Below are positions 17,698 to 27,119 of a DNA stretch of 64,000 nt, piece by piece. The stretch is from positions 1 to 64,000 of IMG/VR virus record IMGVR_UViG_3300031669_000010, one strand, 5' to 3'. Each line of letters starts with the position of its first letter. Positions within the stretch are counted from its first letter, which is position 1. The translations under genes were made by a program, and so were the position numbers. This DNA comes from a virus. Taxonomy: Duplodnaviria > Caudoviricetes. The notes below the pieces were generated by a model. The model searched no databases. It worked only from the letters and a program-made list of their open reading frames with translations, and had not been told where the DNA came from.

Positions 17698-18273
17698 ATG
17701 AAACAAGTTTCAGTTGAAAAGTTCATTGAAAAATTGGGTGCAGATGTTTACCCGATTACTATTGTTAAGTTTCTATTAAACAAAAGGCGGATACTATCAT
17801 ACTTTTCTAAAGCTGCGGATGAAGATTTTGAAATAAGAGTGAAATATACAGTTGATCATACTGACTGCCCAATCTGCGAAGAAAAGAAAGCAGAAGGCAT
17901 TTTATGTAGACAACATACTTCAATCCAACGCGTACTTACCGCCAGAAATGTTGCGTACGACCTAGACACAAATACATTCTTATATAAAAATGAGATATTC
18001 AGAATGGTGGGCAAAAGACTGGTCGTTGTTTACTGTCCACATCCGAAGTTGATTACGGGTGAAATTACAGATTCTAAGGTAAGGAAAATCAATCCGATCA
18101 CAATTGAAGATCCGGAGTTACTTGAACTTCCTGAATATTCAAAGTTATGTGATTTCATATCAAGCGATTTATTGGATCAATATATAAGATGCTGGTTTAA
18201 CAATGAGTTCTCTCTTGTTACAATACCAGATGACCGAAACGGTCAAAATTGGTGTCTCGTACCAAATAGGTAA
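17698..18273 (+). CDS. Hypothetical protein with putative Zn-binding motif
   Basis: 191 aa; CPICEE...CRQH; RBS AAGGAG. Confidence 0.65.
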   Translation: MKQVSVEKFIEKLGADVYPITIVKFLLNKRRILSYFSKAADEDFEIRVKYTVDHTDCPICEEKKAEGILCRQHTSIQRVLTARNVAYDLDTNTFLYKNEIFRMVGKRLVVVYCPHPKLITGEITDSKVRKINPITIEDPELLELPEYSKLCDFISSDLLDQYIRCWFNNEFSLVTIPDDRNGQNWCLVPNR

Positions 18274-18301
18274 AAATATCATTTTTAGGAGGAATTACAT
18301 T

Positions 18302-19270
18302 ATGAGTTTTGAGGAATATCAAGATCTCCAAGGTACAGGTTTTACAGGTGGTAGCTCGGAGCCAACACCACCGGAAGACGAGTTTTTTCACAGTGTTTAT
18401 ATCTCTGGAAAAACCAGAAAGAATCATCTGAACATCGAAGAGAAAATCGAGCAGTTTCAAGTGAGAGGCGTTCAGTACAATTTGGATAAGGTACATATGG
18501 TTATTACACACACGAAGGAGATACTCGCAAAGATCGAGACCGAACGTGGACGTGATACCATTAAGTGTTTCTCATTCAAAGAAGGAGCACCACCTTGGAA
18601 TGGAACAACCAAACTGCAAGATGGAAGAAATAGGGAATGTCCCATGACATCTGCAGAAAGAGCAAACGTTGACTTCTGTAATCTATGTAGATCTCAATTG
18701 CTGGTTGCAGGTATTTACTGCAACGAAAATGGAAGTCCCATCCTCACAGAAGACAAGAAACCTATCTTTGTCTTTATTAGAGGAAAGGGTATGAGATATT
18801 CAAATGTTTCTGAATATCTCAACAATCTATATAATGAAGATCTGTCTCCAATCTTCGAACCTGTTACCGAACAGACTAAGATGTTTGAAAAATCTGTTGT
18901 GAATCAAAAGAGATTCGTAACGAAAATTACCAGGACCACATCAATGTCCTCATACAACAACGAAGTAAACGTCTTCGCACTTGATAAGGGGATTGAACTT
19001 CCGAAGGATGCTGTACTAAAGATATTGAAGTTATCGAAAGATACAGTCGGCAAGTTCAATACGAAATTCGATTGGTCCAAGAGCAAGCAAGCCTCACAGA
19101 CAACAGGATATGGTGCAAAACCTGAAGGCGTATTATCAACTGAGGCAGAAACAAAACCTGATACAGGCGGTGGACCGGCGGTAGATGACAAAGTTGCTCC
19201 AGAACCTTCAAAAGAGGAAGCAGCGCCGGCTGATGGTAAAGTGTTCAGTTTTGACGACATAGAATTTTAA
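18302..19270 (+). CDS. Probable single-stranded DNA-binding protein
   Basis: Start moved to ATG 18302 (AGGAGG RBS); flexible acidic C-terminal tail ending FSFDDIEF, typical of phage SSBs. Confidence 0.5.
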   Translation: MSFEEYQDLQGTGFTGGSSEPTPPEDEFFHSVYISGKTRKNHLNIEEKIEQFQVRGVQYNLDKVHMVITHTKEILAKIETERGRDTIKCFSFKEGAPPWNGTTKLQDGRNRECPMTSAERANVDFCNLCRSQLLVAGIYCNENGSPILTEDKKPIFVFIRGKGMRYSNVSEYLNNLYNEDLSPIFEPVTEQTKMFEKSVVNQKRFVTKITRTTSMSSYNNEVNVFALDKGIELPKDAVLKILKLSKDTVGKFNTKFDWSKSKQASQTTGYGAKPEGVLSTEAETKPDTGGGPAVDDKVAPEPSKEEAAPADGKVFSFDDIEF

Positions 19271-19298
19271 TTAACCAATAACTACAAGGAGTTTCGCA

Positions 19299-20543
19299 AT
19301 GCCAGATGAAAGTAAGCAAGAACAAGAATTGAAATACCACGAGCGTCTGAACATTTCAGTGCTCTCTATTGCGAGGATCAAGACATTAATTAAAGAGGAT
19401 ATAAAAGATACTATAGCTGCTTGGCAAGCTGGTCGAAATGTTGACAAACAATGTTTTCATATCATTGGTCCAGCGGGTGTCGGTAAAACACAAATATGCT
19501 ATCAGATTGCCGAAGAATTATCAAAAGATTTATTTGGCAATGACGAGGATATGGAGTTTGGAATTCTTATGGTCAAAGCTCCTGTTCTATCAAGGGATGA
19601 TTTTATTATTCCCTTTCCGGTTGGAGCAGAGACTGGAGATCCAACATTCAAAATGTTATATTCAGACTTCGTCCCCAAGGAAAAGAACTCATTTGGTTTA
19701 TTCGTGATTGATGAATTTTCACGCGGAGACCATCAGTTGCAGCAATTGTTATGGCAAATTCAAAATGAGTATTCTGTTCACCGTCATCTATTTCCAAAGG
19801 GATGGTTCGTTATATCAATTGATAATCCAGACGATTCCGAATACTCGATGGATAACCTTGAAGATGCTGCTGGGCTTAGAAGACAGCTTCATCTTTATAC
19901 AGAAGTGCTTGCAACAGATTTCTTGAACTATGCTATTGAGCACGACTTCCATCCATATGTTGTTGAGTTTATTCAAACCCATCCAGAGTATCTTTATGAC
20001 TTTCAAGCTCAAAAGATTGGGTCGGTTTATGCAAATCCAGCAAGTTATGAAAAATTATCTGATCATCTATGGAAGATGCAACTGCGTCGGAAGAACATAG
20101 ACTTCGATGAGATTGAATACAAGGCTTCTGGACTTCTCAACACACACATGACCAGGTTATTCATTGAGTTCGCTCGGGATAAGAAAGACATCAATCCCAA
20201 GGAAGTCTTCTATAATCTCAATAAGGTCAAACCTCAAATCACCGCTTTATTGAAAGATAACAACAATGCTAAGTTGGGTGAATTGATGGTCGGATTCTGT
20301 ACATTCATGACAACCTCGATGCCAGAATATGATGAAGCGAAGTTGAAGAATGTACTTGACTTTCTATTAATGATGCCCATTGATACTGCGGCATTGTTTA
20401 TATCGCAAATTGATTCATTTGAAAGATCTTCAAGGGCTTTCAAATTTATGACAAAGATTCACTTGTCACTTCTGAAAGGGTCGAAAGCTTATAAGAGCAA
20501 TTTCTATGATCCAATAGTGAAGGCAGGTGAGGGGAATCTCTAA
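19299..20543 (+). CDS. MoxR-like AAA+ ATPase
   Basis: Walker A GPAGVGKT, Walker B FVIDEF, IDNP, DAAGLRRQ; paired with the downstream vWA gene. Confidence 0.8.
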   Translation: MPDESKQEQELKYHERLNISVLSIARIKTLIKEDIKDTIAAWQAGRNVDKQCFHIIGPAGVGKTQICYQIAEELSKDLFGNDEDMEFGILMVKAPVLSRDDFIIPFPVGAETGDPTFKMLYSDFVPKEKNSFGLFVIDEFSRGDHQLQQLLWQIQNEYSVHRHLFPKGWFVISIDNPDDSEYSMDNLEDAAGLRRQLHLYTEVLATDFLNYAIEHDFHPYVVEFIQTHPEYLYDFQAQKIGSVYANPASYEKLSDHLWKMQLRRKNIDFDEIEYKASGLLNTHMTRLFIEFARDKKDINPKEVFYNLNKVKPQITALLKDNNNAKLGELMVGFCTFMTTSMPEYDEAKLKNVLDFLLMMPIDTAALFISQIDSFERSSRAFKFMTKIHLSLLKGSKAYKSNFYDPIVKAGEGNL

Positions 20544-21802
20544 TGGAAAATCAAGGAGACCGCCTCAAGGAACTAGTTGCTCGGTTTGTATTGAAGTATA
20601 ACTACTGGGGTTATCTGTTCTCTCGCATTAGAAGAAAGCCAACATCGGCTGCACAACTCGGCTCAGTTATGGGTGTGGGTCCTGAGAAAGATGGGACTCT
20701 CACATTATATTATGCACCTGAATTATTAGGCAATACCGCTGATAGGGAAGTGTTAAAAATAGTTGAGCATGAGGGTATGCATGTGCTAAATAAACATATT
20801 CCGAGATATCTACGCATCATGGCAAATGAAACATCCGAGCAAAGAAAAACTATAAAACATGATGTTTGGAATGTGGCTGCTGACTGTACAGTTAATGTAC
20901 AGGCAAAGATTAGAGAACCCATTATCATTGATGGAAAACCTTGGGCACCATGTCTTCCAGGTAAGTACGGCTTGGAAGAAGGTAAGGTGACAGAATATTA
21001 TTTCTATGAACTATTAAAGAGCGCCAAGACAGTTTCACTACCAATGAGTGCAGCATTTAATGGGCATGGAAAGTGGAAAAGTGGAGCACAAGGTGTAGCT
21101 GATCTTAGTGCACTATCAAGAAAAGTAGATCAACATGTTCAAAACATCATTAAGGAATCTGTCAAAAGTTTCAATAAAGACAGAGGTACAATTCCTGGTC
21201 ACATAGCAGAACTGATTGAAGGTGCACTTGCTCCACCGAAAGCTCCGTATTATCAAATCATCAGAAAGTTGATAAGGGGTTCAAGGTTCAGTAAGTTTGT
21301 TAGAAGTCCAACGAAGATCAATCGTAAACGCACATACGTTTTTACATTAGGAGATAATAAATGTGTACCACAGATATCTCCATTTCCAGGTAAGACAAGA
21401 GACATGACATTTGACATTGCCGTGATGATTGATACATCTGGAAGTATGAGCGAAGATGATATTCGAGAAGGTCTATCAGGTGTTAAGAACATAATTGAAA
21501 AAGATCGTCATTGTTTTACAACTGTACTTGAAGTTGATACCGTAGTTGAGAAAGAATATGAAGTCAAACGAATCCGAGATATTCAGTTTAATGTTAAAGG
21601 TAGGGGTGGTACAACATTACTCCCAGGCCTTACAAGAGCAAGACAATTAGGAGTTGATGTTTGTCTGGCTTTTACGGATGGATATGTTGACGACATTAAT
21701 AGTGTTCCAAGGAAATTTCTACCTAAGAGATTGATCTGGGTTATCAACGAAGGAGGTACAGCAAAAAGCATTAACCAAACTGGGTATGTGGTACATATAT
21801 GA
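20543..21802 (+). CDS. HExxH metallopeptidase-like plus vWA domain protein (DUF2201-like)
   Basis: HEGMH, WNVAAD, MIDAS IDTSGSM, GRGGT, FTDGY. Confidence 0.8.
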   Translation: MENQGDRLKELVARFVLKYNYWGYLFSRIRRKPTSAAQLGSVMGVGPEKDGTLTLYYAPELLGNTADREVLKIVEHEGMHVLNKHIPRYLRIMANETSEQRKTIKHDVWNVAADCTVNVQAKIREPIIIDGKPWAPCLPGKYGLEEGKVTEYYFYELLKSAKTVSLPMSAAFNGHGKWKSGAQGVADLSALSRKVDQHVQNIIKESVKSFNKDRGTIPGHIAELIEGALAPPKAPYYQIIRKLIRGSRFSKFVRSPTKINRKRTYVFTLGDNKCVPQISPFPGKTRDMTFDIAVMIDTSGSMSEDDIREGLSGVKNIIEKDRHCFTTVLEVDTVVEKEYEVKRIRDIQFNVKGRGGTTLLPGLTRARQLGVDVCLAFTDGYVDDINSVPRKFLPKRLIWVINEGGTAKSINQTGYVVHI

Positions 21803-21969
21803 GTTCCTCTATTTGGCGAATGCTATTTTATCTATTTATTGGTGATACCCTTGCTTCCGCAATAAGAGGTGGTAGCAAGGGTTTACTATTCATTGCAATA
21901 GCGGGTGCTTTCATTGGACTTATGTGGCTGTACCCATTATTTAAACCGGAGGAAAAACGTGACATATAG
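21799..21969 (+). CDS. Small membrane protein (56 aa, not in ORF track)
   Basis: ATGA overlap with the previous stop; MSSSIWRMLFYLFIGDTLASAIRGGSKGLLFIAIAGAFIGLMWLYPLFKPEEKRDI. Confidence 0.5.
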   Translation: MSSSIWRMLFYLFIGDTLASAIRGGSKGLLFIAIAGAFIGLMWLYPLFKPEEKRDI

Positions 21970-23749
21970 TGCTAAAGACGTAAGAGTTTTAGATGAGGTT
22001 GAACATATTAGGTTGAATCCAGGGATGTATATTGGTGAAACATCTAACCCTGTTCATCTTGTTGAAGAAGCTCTTGACAATGCTCTTGACGAAGCGTTAG
22101 CCGGATATGCTAAGATAGTTGCGGTAATTATTAATACAAAGCTCAATACCGTCTCCGTATTGGATGATGGCAGGGGTATTCCTTTAGAGGATAATACCCC
22201 TGTCACCATATCATCAAAGTTATTCTCAGGTGCAAAATTTCAAGATAAAAAATCAGCATATCAGATTAGCTCCGGTCTTCATGGGGTTGGTCTTGTAGCT
22301 GTTAATGCCCTGAGTTCAGAATATATTGTAGAAGTATATCGCAACAATCAACATGCAATATTTCGCTTTGAGGATAGTAAGTTGAAATTGTCAAAGATTG
22401 ATCCTCATAAAGGAGATAAACCCTTCTCAACAAAAATCATGTTCAAACCAAATAAGAAATTCTTTGAAAGTGTGAAACCTGATTTAAAAAGATTAAGAAG
22501 AAGGTTGACAACCGCATCAGCAGAAATGCCGGACGATACAAGTTTCGTCTTAAATATTGATGAAAAACAAGAAATATTTAATCTAAGTGTTGAAGAACAT
22601 TTTCTGGAGTCTACAATTACGAGTCCAACTGATAACATCTCGCTCACAAAGTTAATATCAGAAAAGAAACCCGAGAAGTTTGAGGTTTTATTCACATACG
22701 AACCAGTTGGTGCAGTTGGTTATAAAGTTTTGTCTTCGGTAAATTTACTACCAGTTGATAATGGTGGGAATCACGTTGGATGGTTTTGTGATATGCTCAG
22801 AGATTTTTTCATGGTGAAAGCAAAAAAGCATGGAATGACCTTTCAAGCGAGTGATATGCTTTTCAGATTACGAGCATATCTTATATTAAGCTTGATGGAA
22901 CCAAAATTCGCCGGTCAGACAAAAGATAGACTGATCAATCCTAAAACAGACTTTAAACGATTCGAACCTGAATTTAAAAGACAACTAGAAACTTTTGCTA
23001 CAGAGCAGGAACAAACACTTATTGATTACCTGGAGAGATTTCAGGAATATAGGAGAAAGCTAGACGCTAACAAATTAAAGTCAAATGGAACCGGAGGGCG
23101 AAGAGCTTCCACACAATTTACAAAACTGCGAGACTGTACAGGTCGAACAGGAGGAGAACTATACATTGTGGAAGGCGAATCAGCCGGAGGTTCTATTATT
23201 CAATCACGAGATCCCCGCATACATGCAATCTTGCCATTGAAAGGAAAATCAATACCAAACATAACAACCAAAAAGAATATCCTTGATAATAAGGAAGTTG
23301 GCGAGTTAGTTAAAGCAATCGGCACAGGTATTGATCCACAATTTGATATGTCAAAAATGAGATATGATAAAATCATATGTGCTACAGATGCAGATCATGA
23401 TGGTAACCATATCGCATGTCTTGTAACAATGGTAATTGGTATATTGCTTCCTGAGATAATAAGAGCAGGAAGATATTACATTGCTCAAACTCCATTGTTT
23501 GCTATCAATGAAAAGAAAATATTTATTCCATTGTGGGATGAAAAGATGTTGAATGCTGCAAGGGATAAGGGAAGAAGCATTACTCGATTTAAGGGATTGG
23601 GTGAATTGTCTCCACCCCAACTGAAAATTTGTTTGTTGGATCCTGGTACAAGGAATCATAATGTAATCTCTTACACTGAGAATATAAATGAACTTGTGAA
23701 ACTATTTTCAAGCGCCCAAGAGAAAAGAAAGCTTGTAGTAGGAGAATAA
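21959..23749 (+). CDS. gyrB: Type II topoisomerase subunit B (GyrB/ParE-like)
   Basis: HIRLNPGMYIG, EEALDNALDE, DDGRGIP, GLHGVG (GHKL ATPase); VEGESAGG, PLKGK, DADHDG (TOPRIM); GTG start after GGAGG. Confidence 0.92.
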   Translation: MTYSAKDVRVLDEVEHIRLNPGMYIGETSNPVHLVEEALDNALDEALAGYAKIVAVIINTKLNTVSVLDDGRGIPLEDNTPVTISSKLFSGAKFQDKKSAYQISSGLHGVGLVAVNALSSEYIVEVYRNNQHAIFRFEDSKLKLSKIDPHKGDKPFSTKIMFKPNKKFFESVKPDLKRLRRRLTTASAEMPDDTSFVLNIDEKQEIFNLSVEEHFLESTITSPTDNISLTKLISEKKPEKFEVLFTYEPVGAVGYKVLSSVNLLPVDNGGNHVGWFCDMLRDFFMVKAKKHGMTFQASDMLFRLRAYLILSLMEPKFAGQTKDRLINPKTDFKRFEPEFKRQLETFATEQEQTLIDYLERFQEYRRKLDANKLKSNGTGGRRASTQFTKLRDCTGRTGGELYIVEGESAGGSIIQSRDPRIHAILPLKGKSIPNITTKKNILDNKEVGELVKAIGTGIDPQFDMSKMRYDKIICATDADHDGNHIACLVTMVIGILLPEIIRAGRYYIAQTPLFAINEKKIFIPLWDEKMLNAARDKGRSITRFKGLGELSPPQLKICLLDPGTRNHNVISYTENINELVKLFSSAQEKRKLVVGE

Positions 23750-23753
23750 AACT

Positions 23754-24134
23754 ATGTCTCTATGGACAAAATTACAGAGAAACTATGTTAAAGATATTGA
23801 GGATAATTTGAAAGTTACGTTTGATGGGAAACCAACAAGAATTGATGCTGATATATTTATAAAAAAGCACGCCGAAGCTAACAGAGAAGTTAGGCAGAGT
23901 CAAAATAAACAGACTCGTCCAACTGGAAAACAGTTAAGATGGATAAAAGACATTGAAGAAATTCTTGATGTGGAGTTTAAAGGTCGAACTGTTAAAACAG
24001 CATCAAAGTTCATTCAGAAATACATTACAGAATATAATGCTAGGATGGGCACAGAGAAAAAAATCAAACGATATTACAATGGAGTTGCAGATAAAATAGA
24101 GGCTAATCAGCGGAGAAGGAGAACTAGTTTATGA
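23754..24134 (+). CDS. Hypothetical protein with internal duplication
   Basis: KDIEDNLKVTFDGK and KDIEEILDVEFKGR repeats. Confidence 0.6.
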   Translation: MSLWTKLQRNYVKDIEDNLKVTFDGKPTRIDADIFIKKHAEANREVRQSQNKQTRPTGKQLRWIKDIEEILDVEFKGRTVKTASKFIQKYITEYNARMGTEKKIKRYYNGVADKIEANQRRRRTSL

Positions 24135-24283
24135 GAAGAAAAGCAGTAACAACCGCATGTGCAGCATGTGATGATATGAAAGTTAATGATAAAAGTCAGA
24201 TGGTCTGCAATTGGGGTAAAGGTGGTAAGATACTTGAGCCACAAAAGGGTAAGAAACCCCTAACATGTAATTTAAAGAGGTAA
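24131..24283 (+). CDS. Small Cys-containing protein (50 aa, not in ORF track)
   Basis: ATGA-type overlap with the previous gene; MRRKAVTTACAACDDM...VCNW...TCNLKR. Confidence 0.45.
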   Translation: MRRKAVTTACAACDDMKVNDKSQMVCNWGKGGKILEPQKGKKPLTCNLKR

Positions 24284-24287
24284 GAGA

Positions 24288-24557
24288 ATGCCGTATATTA
24301 TGAAACAAATGAGGCCTGCGTTTGATCCACATTTAAAAGCGATCGGGCCTCACACAACAGATCCAGGCGATTTAAATTATTGTATAACAGTTTTAGTTCA
24401 TGAGTATGTTAGAGCTCATGGTCAATCATATGCTGTTATGAATGATTGCATAGGAGTACTTGATGCTGCGAAAGCCGAATTTTATAGACGCGTTGTTGCA
24501 CCTTATGAGGATGTTAAAATCCAAGAAAACGGAGACATTGAGATCCTCAGAAAGTAA
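24288..24557 (+). CDS. Conserved phage hypothetical protein (DUF6899-like)
   Basis: GDLNYCIT...NDCIGVLDAAKAEFYRRVVAPYEDVKIQENGD pattern recalled from phage proteins. Confidence 0.65.
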   Translation: MPYIMKQMRPAFDPHLKAIGPHTTDPGDLNYCITVLVHEYVRAHGQSYAVMNDCIGVLDAAKAEFYRRVVAPYEDVKIQENGDIEILRK

Positions 24558-24571
24558 GGAGAAAGAGAAAA

Positions 24572-25051
24572 ATGGGAACGAGAGCTGATTTTTATTTGGA
24601 GAGAGACGATAAGAGACTGATGTGGATTGGAAGTTTGTATAAAGATGGTCATCCAGTGAACATTCCGATTGAAATATTAATTCAAGTAAATCCTGTGCTG
24701 TTTGAAGAACTCACAGTGACTTATTTAGAATTAAAGGATTCCGCCATAAGACAAAATGGCGATAAATGGCCTTGGCCTTGGGCGGATAGTAGAATGTCTG
24801 ATTATTCATATATCTTTATGATGAATAGAGTTATGGCATATTCACCTGATATAAAACGTCTATATGATCCGATTAAAATACTTCAAGGTGAAGATCTGAA
24901 TTATGCAGCTCTCCCGTTTGATATAAAATTCCCTATCATGTTGAAACAATCTCTAGACATGACAGAGGAACTATTGGATAAATATTCGTTGCAACCCATC
25001 TCAGAGGAGATATTAAAACAATATGGACTACAACCTTCCAAAACTGTATAA
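24572..25051 (+). CDS. Hypothetical protein
   Basis: 159 aa, MGTRADFY start; RBS AAGGAG. Confidence 0.65.
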   Translation: MGTRADFYLERDDKRLMWIGSLYKDGHPVNIPIEILIQVNPVLFEELTVTYLELKDSAIRQNGDKWPWPWADSRMSDYSYIFMMNRVMAYSPDIKRLYDPIKILQGEDLNYAALPFDIKFPIMLKQSLDMTEELLDKYSLQPISEEILKQYGLQPSKTV

Positions 25052-26324
25052 GGACTATGGACAGTATTCTAATTATAGAAACTTTCCATTAGATATTGAT
25101 GGGTTTAAACCTGTTGAAAGGCGTGTGCTTTTATCAGCATATAAAATTGCTAAAGTTAAGTTTGTAAAATCAAGACAGGTTGACGCTTACACAATTGGTC
25201 ACTATCATCCACACGGTGAGTGTTATGGAACTGTAGTTCAAATGGTTCGTCAAGGATTTTTGATTGGTCAAGGAAATTTCGGTACAAATGTTGGAGTTGA
25301 GCCGGTTGGACCTGCCGCTCCTCGTTATACTGAATGTAAAATGGATCCAAGAACTTTAGATTTGGCATTTAAATACGTTGATCATGTTCCATGGATTGAC
25401 AGTGAGATGGGTGATAAAGAACCAGTCTATTTACCAATGATGTATCCCGGTTGTTTACTGGGTAGCGATTATACACAAGGAATTGGATTTGGTTTCAAAA
25501 CATTTATTCCATGTTATAACATAAAGGATCTTCAACAAAGACTATTATGGCTTCTCGGCATACGAAAGAGAAAGCCAATTATTGCACCCATAACCAATTG
25601 TAATATTGTAGCTTCTCCAGAAGAAGTTGACTCATTATTGACAACTGGTAAAGCAAAGATAGCTGTTGAAGGTATTATCATAGAAGAGCCAAGATTAAAT
25701 ACGGTCACATTAAAATCATGGCCACCAGGTAAGAAGTTTGAGTCTCTCCTTAATAAGTTTTCAAAAGAACTCAACGATGGAATGATTGGTTTTACAGATG
25801 TTTCAGTTACTGAGACAGAAATCAAATTTCAGGTTTTAAGAGAGAGGAACAGAGATAAAATTTATAAAGATTTTGTTAAGTCGTTAAAAGATGCTATCAG
25901 AGGGCAAATTTCATTTGAGATAAACCTTACGAATTTAGACCAAAAGGTAATTGTTAAATCGGTAGACAATATGCTGATGGACACATATAAAATGTTTTCT
26001 TCTATGAATGAAAACATGCTGAAGCATGGGATTCAACAATTGACGGAGAAAATTTCGGAGTATAAAGCACTTGAAATTATCCGTGAGCCTCTTGGGGTCT
26101 ATATAAGTAAGAATCATAATATTGAAGATGCCCTTATTCAAATTGAGAAGTCAACAGTTGTATCTGCTGAAACCGCAAAGACGTTGATAAAGAAATACAT
26201 GATTCATAAAATGTTCACATTGAATACGGACACAACTGAAATAGATAAGGAAATAAAAATATTAACAGAGCATCTGAATAATTTAGATGCATTTGTACTG
26301 GAGCAATATAATGGACTATCGTGA
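25023..26324 (+). CDS. gyrA: Type II topoisomerase subunit A (GyrA/ParC-like, no C-terminal pinwheel)
   Basis: DGFKPVERRVL, YHPHG, GQGNFG, catalytic AAPRYTE; only 433 aa. Confidence 0.9.
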   Translation: MDYNLPKLYKDYGQYSNYRNFPLDIDGFKPVERRVLLSAYKIAKVKFVKSRQVDAYTIGHYHPHGECYGTVVQMVRQGFLIGQGNFGTNVGVEPVGPAAPRYTECKMDPRTLDLAFKYVDHVPWIDSEMGDKEPVYLPMMYPGCLLGSDYTQGIGFGFKTFIPCYNIKDLQQRLLWLLGIRKRKPIIAPITNCNIVASPEEVDSLLTTGKAKIAVEGIIIEEPRLNTVTLKSWPPGKKFESLLNKFSKELNDGMIGFTDVSVTETEIKFQVLRERNRDKIYKDFVKSLKDAIRGQISFEINLTNLDQKVIVKSVDNMLMDTYKMFSSMNENMLKHGIQQLTEKISEYKALEIIREPLGVYISKNHNIEDALIQIEKSTVVSAETAKTLIKKYMIHKMFTLNTDTTEIDKEIKILTEHLNNLDAFVLEQYNGLS

Positions 26325-26670
26325 TGAAGATAGGCATACATGTAGAGTGTGTCATGGAAGAAAAGTCATACCAGGCAGTTTTACGATTCGTGATGTATGT
26401 CCAAATTGTAATGGTATAGGAGAAATTGATTGGGTCTGCAACGCTATGGGTGGGGAAGGGAGAAATCCCCATCCAGACCATCAATTTTTATATAATATCG
26501 CACAACGAAACATTCAAGAAATGATTCAGGAAATAAAGCGTCAAGGAGGTATGTTGGGCATGGTGGTAAACATAGAGGTTCATTTTGAAAGAGAACCTTC
26601 ATTTGAACAAATGTATCTAACAAATCCACGCCCAATGTTGTTTCCTAAAAATACAAAATTTCCAGAATAG
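26311..26670 (+). CDS. Protein with DnaJ-type Cys-rich zinc finger
   Basis: CRVCHGRK...CPNCNGIG; start moved to ATG 26311 (GGAG RBS). Confidence 0.6.
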   Translation: MDYRDEDRHTCRVCHGRKVIPGSFTIRDVCPNCNGIGEIDWVCNAMGGEGRNPHPDHQFLYNIAQRNIQEMIQEIKRQGGMLGMVVNIEVHFEREPSFEQMYLTNPRPMLFPKNTKFPE

Positions 26671-26681
26671 GAGACTATAAT

Positions 26682-27119
26682 ATGTACAGATTATCAAAAG
26701 AGTTTAGTTTCGCCATGGGTCACAGACTCAGTTATCACGAAGGATTATGTAAAAACTTTCACGGTCACAATTACACAGTTATCGTTGGTGTAAAAAGTGA
26801 ATTTCTCAATGCAAATGGAATGGTTATTGATTTCTCAGATCTTAAAGCTGTTGTTGTTGGATATTTGGATGAGATGGATCATGCTCTAATGGTCAATACT
26901 ATGGATTGGAAGTTCGTCAAAACGATGAAAGACCATTTTCCAGATATGAAAATAATTGAGACTCCTTATGAGCCAACAGCAGAAAATATGGCCAGGGATA
27001 TATTTCTCAATACAAGAAAGGTGCTAACCGCAAATCTTGGAGTTAAACTAGGAATTGAAGTCGACTTTGTAACTGTTTATGAAACAGATACATCGCAGGC
27101 AACTTATTCAGATGATTAA
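26682..27119 (+). CDS. queD: 6-carboxy-5,6,7,8-tetrahydropterin synthase
   Basis: FSFAMGHRL, CKNFHGHNY, GMVIDFSDLK, MDHA, PTAENMA, VYET. Confidence 0.9.
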   Translation: MYRLSKEFSFAMGHRLSYHEGLCKNFHGHNYTVIVGVKSEFLNANGMVIDFSDLKAVVVGYLDEMDHALMVNTMDWKFVKTMKDHFPDMKIIETPYEPTAENMARDIFLNTRKVLTANLGVKLGIEVDFVTVYETDTSQATYSDD

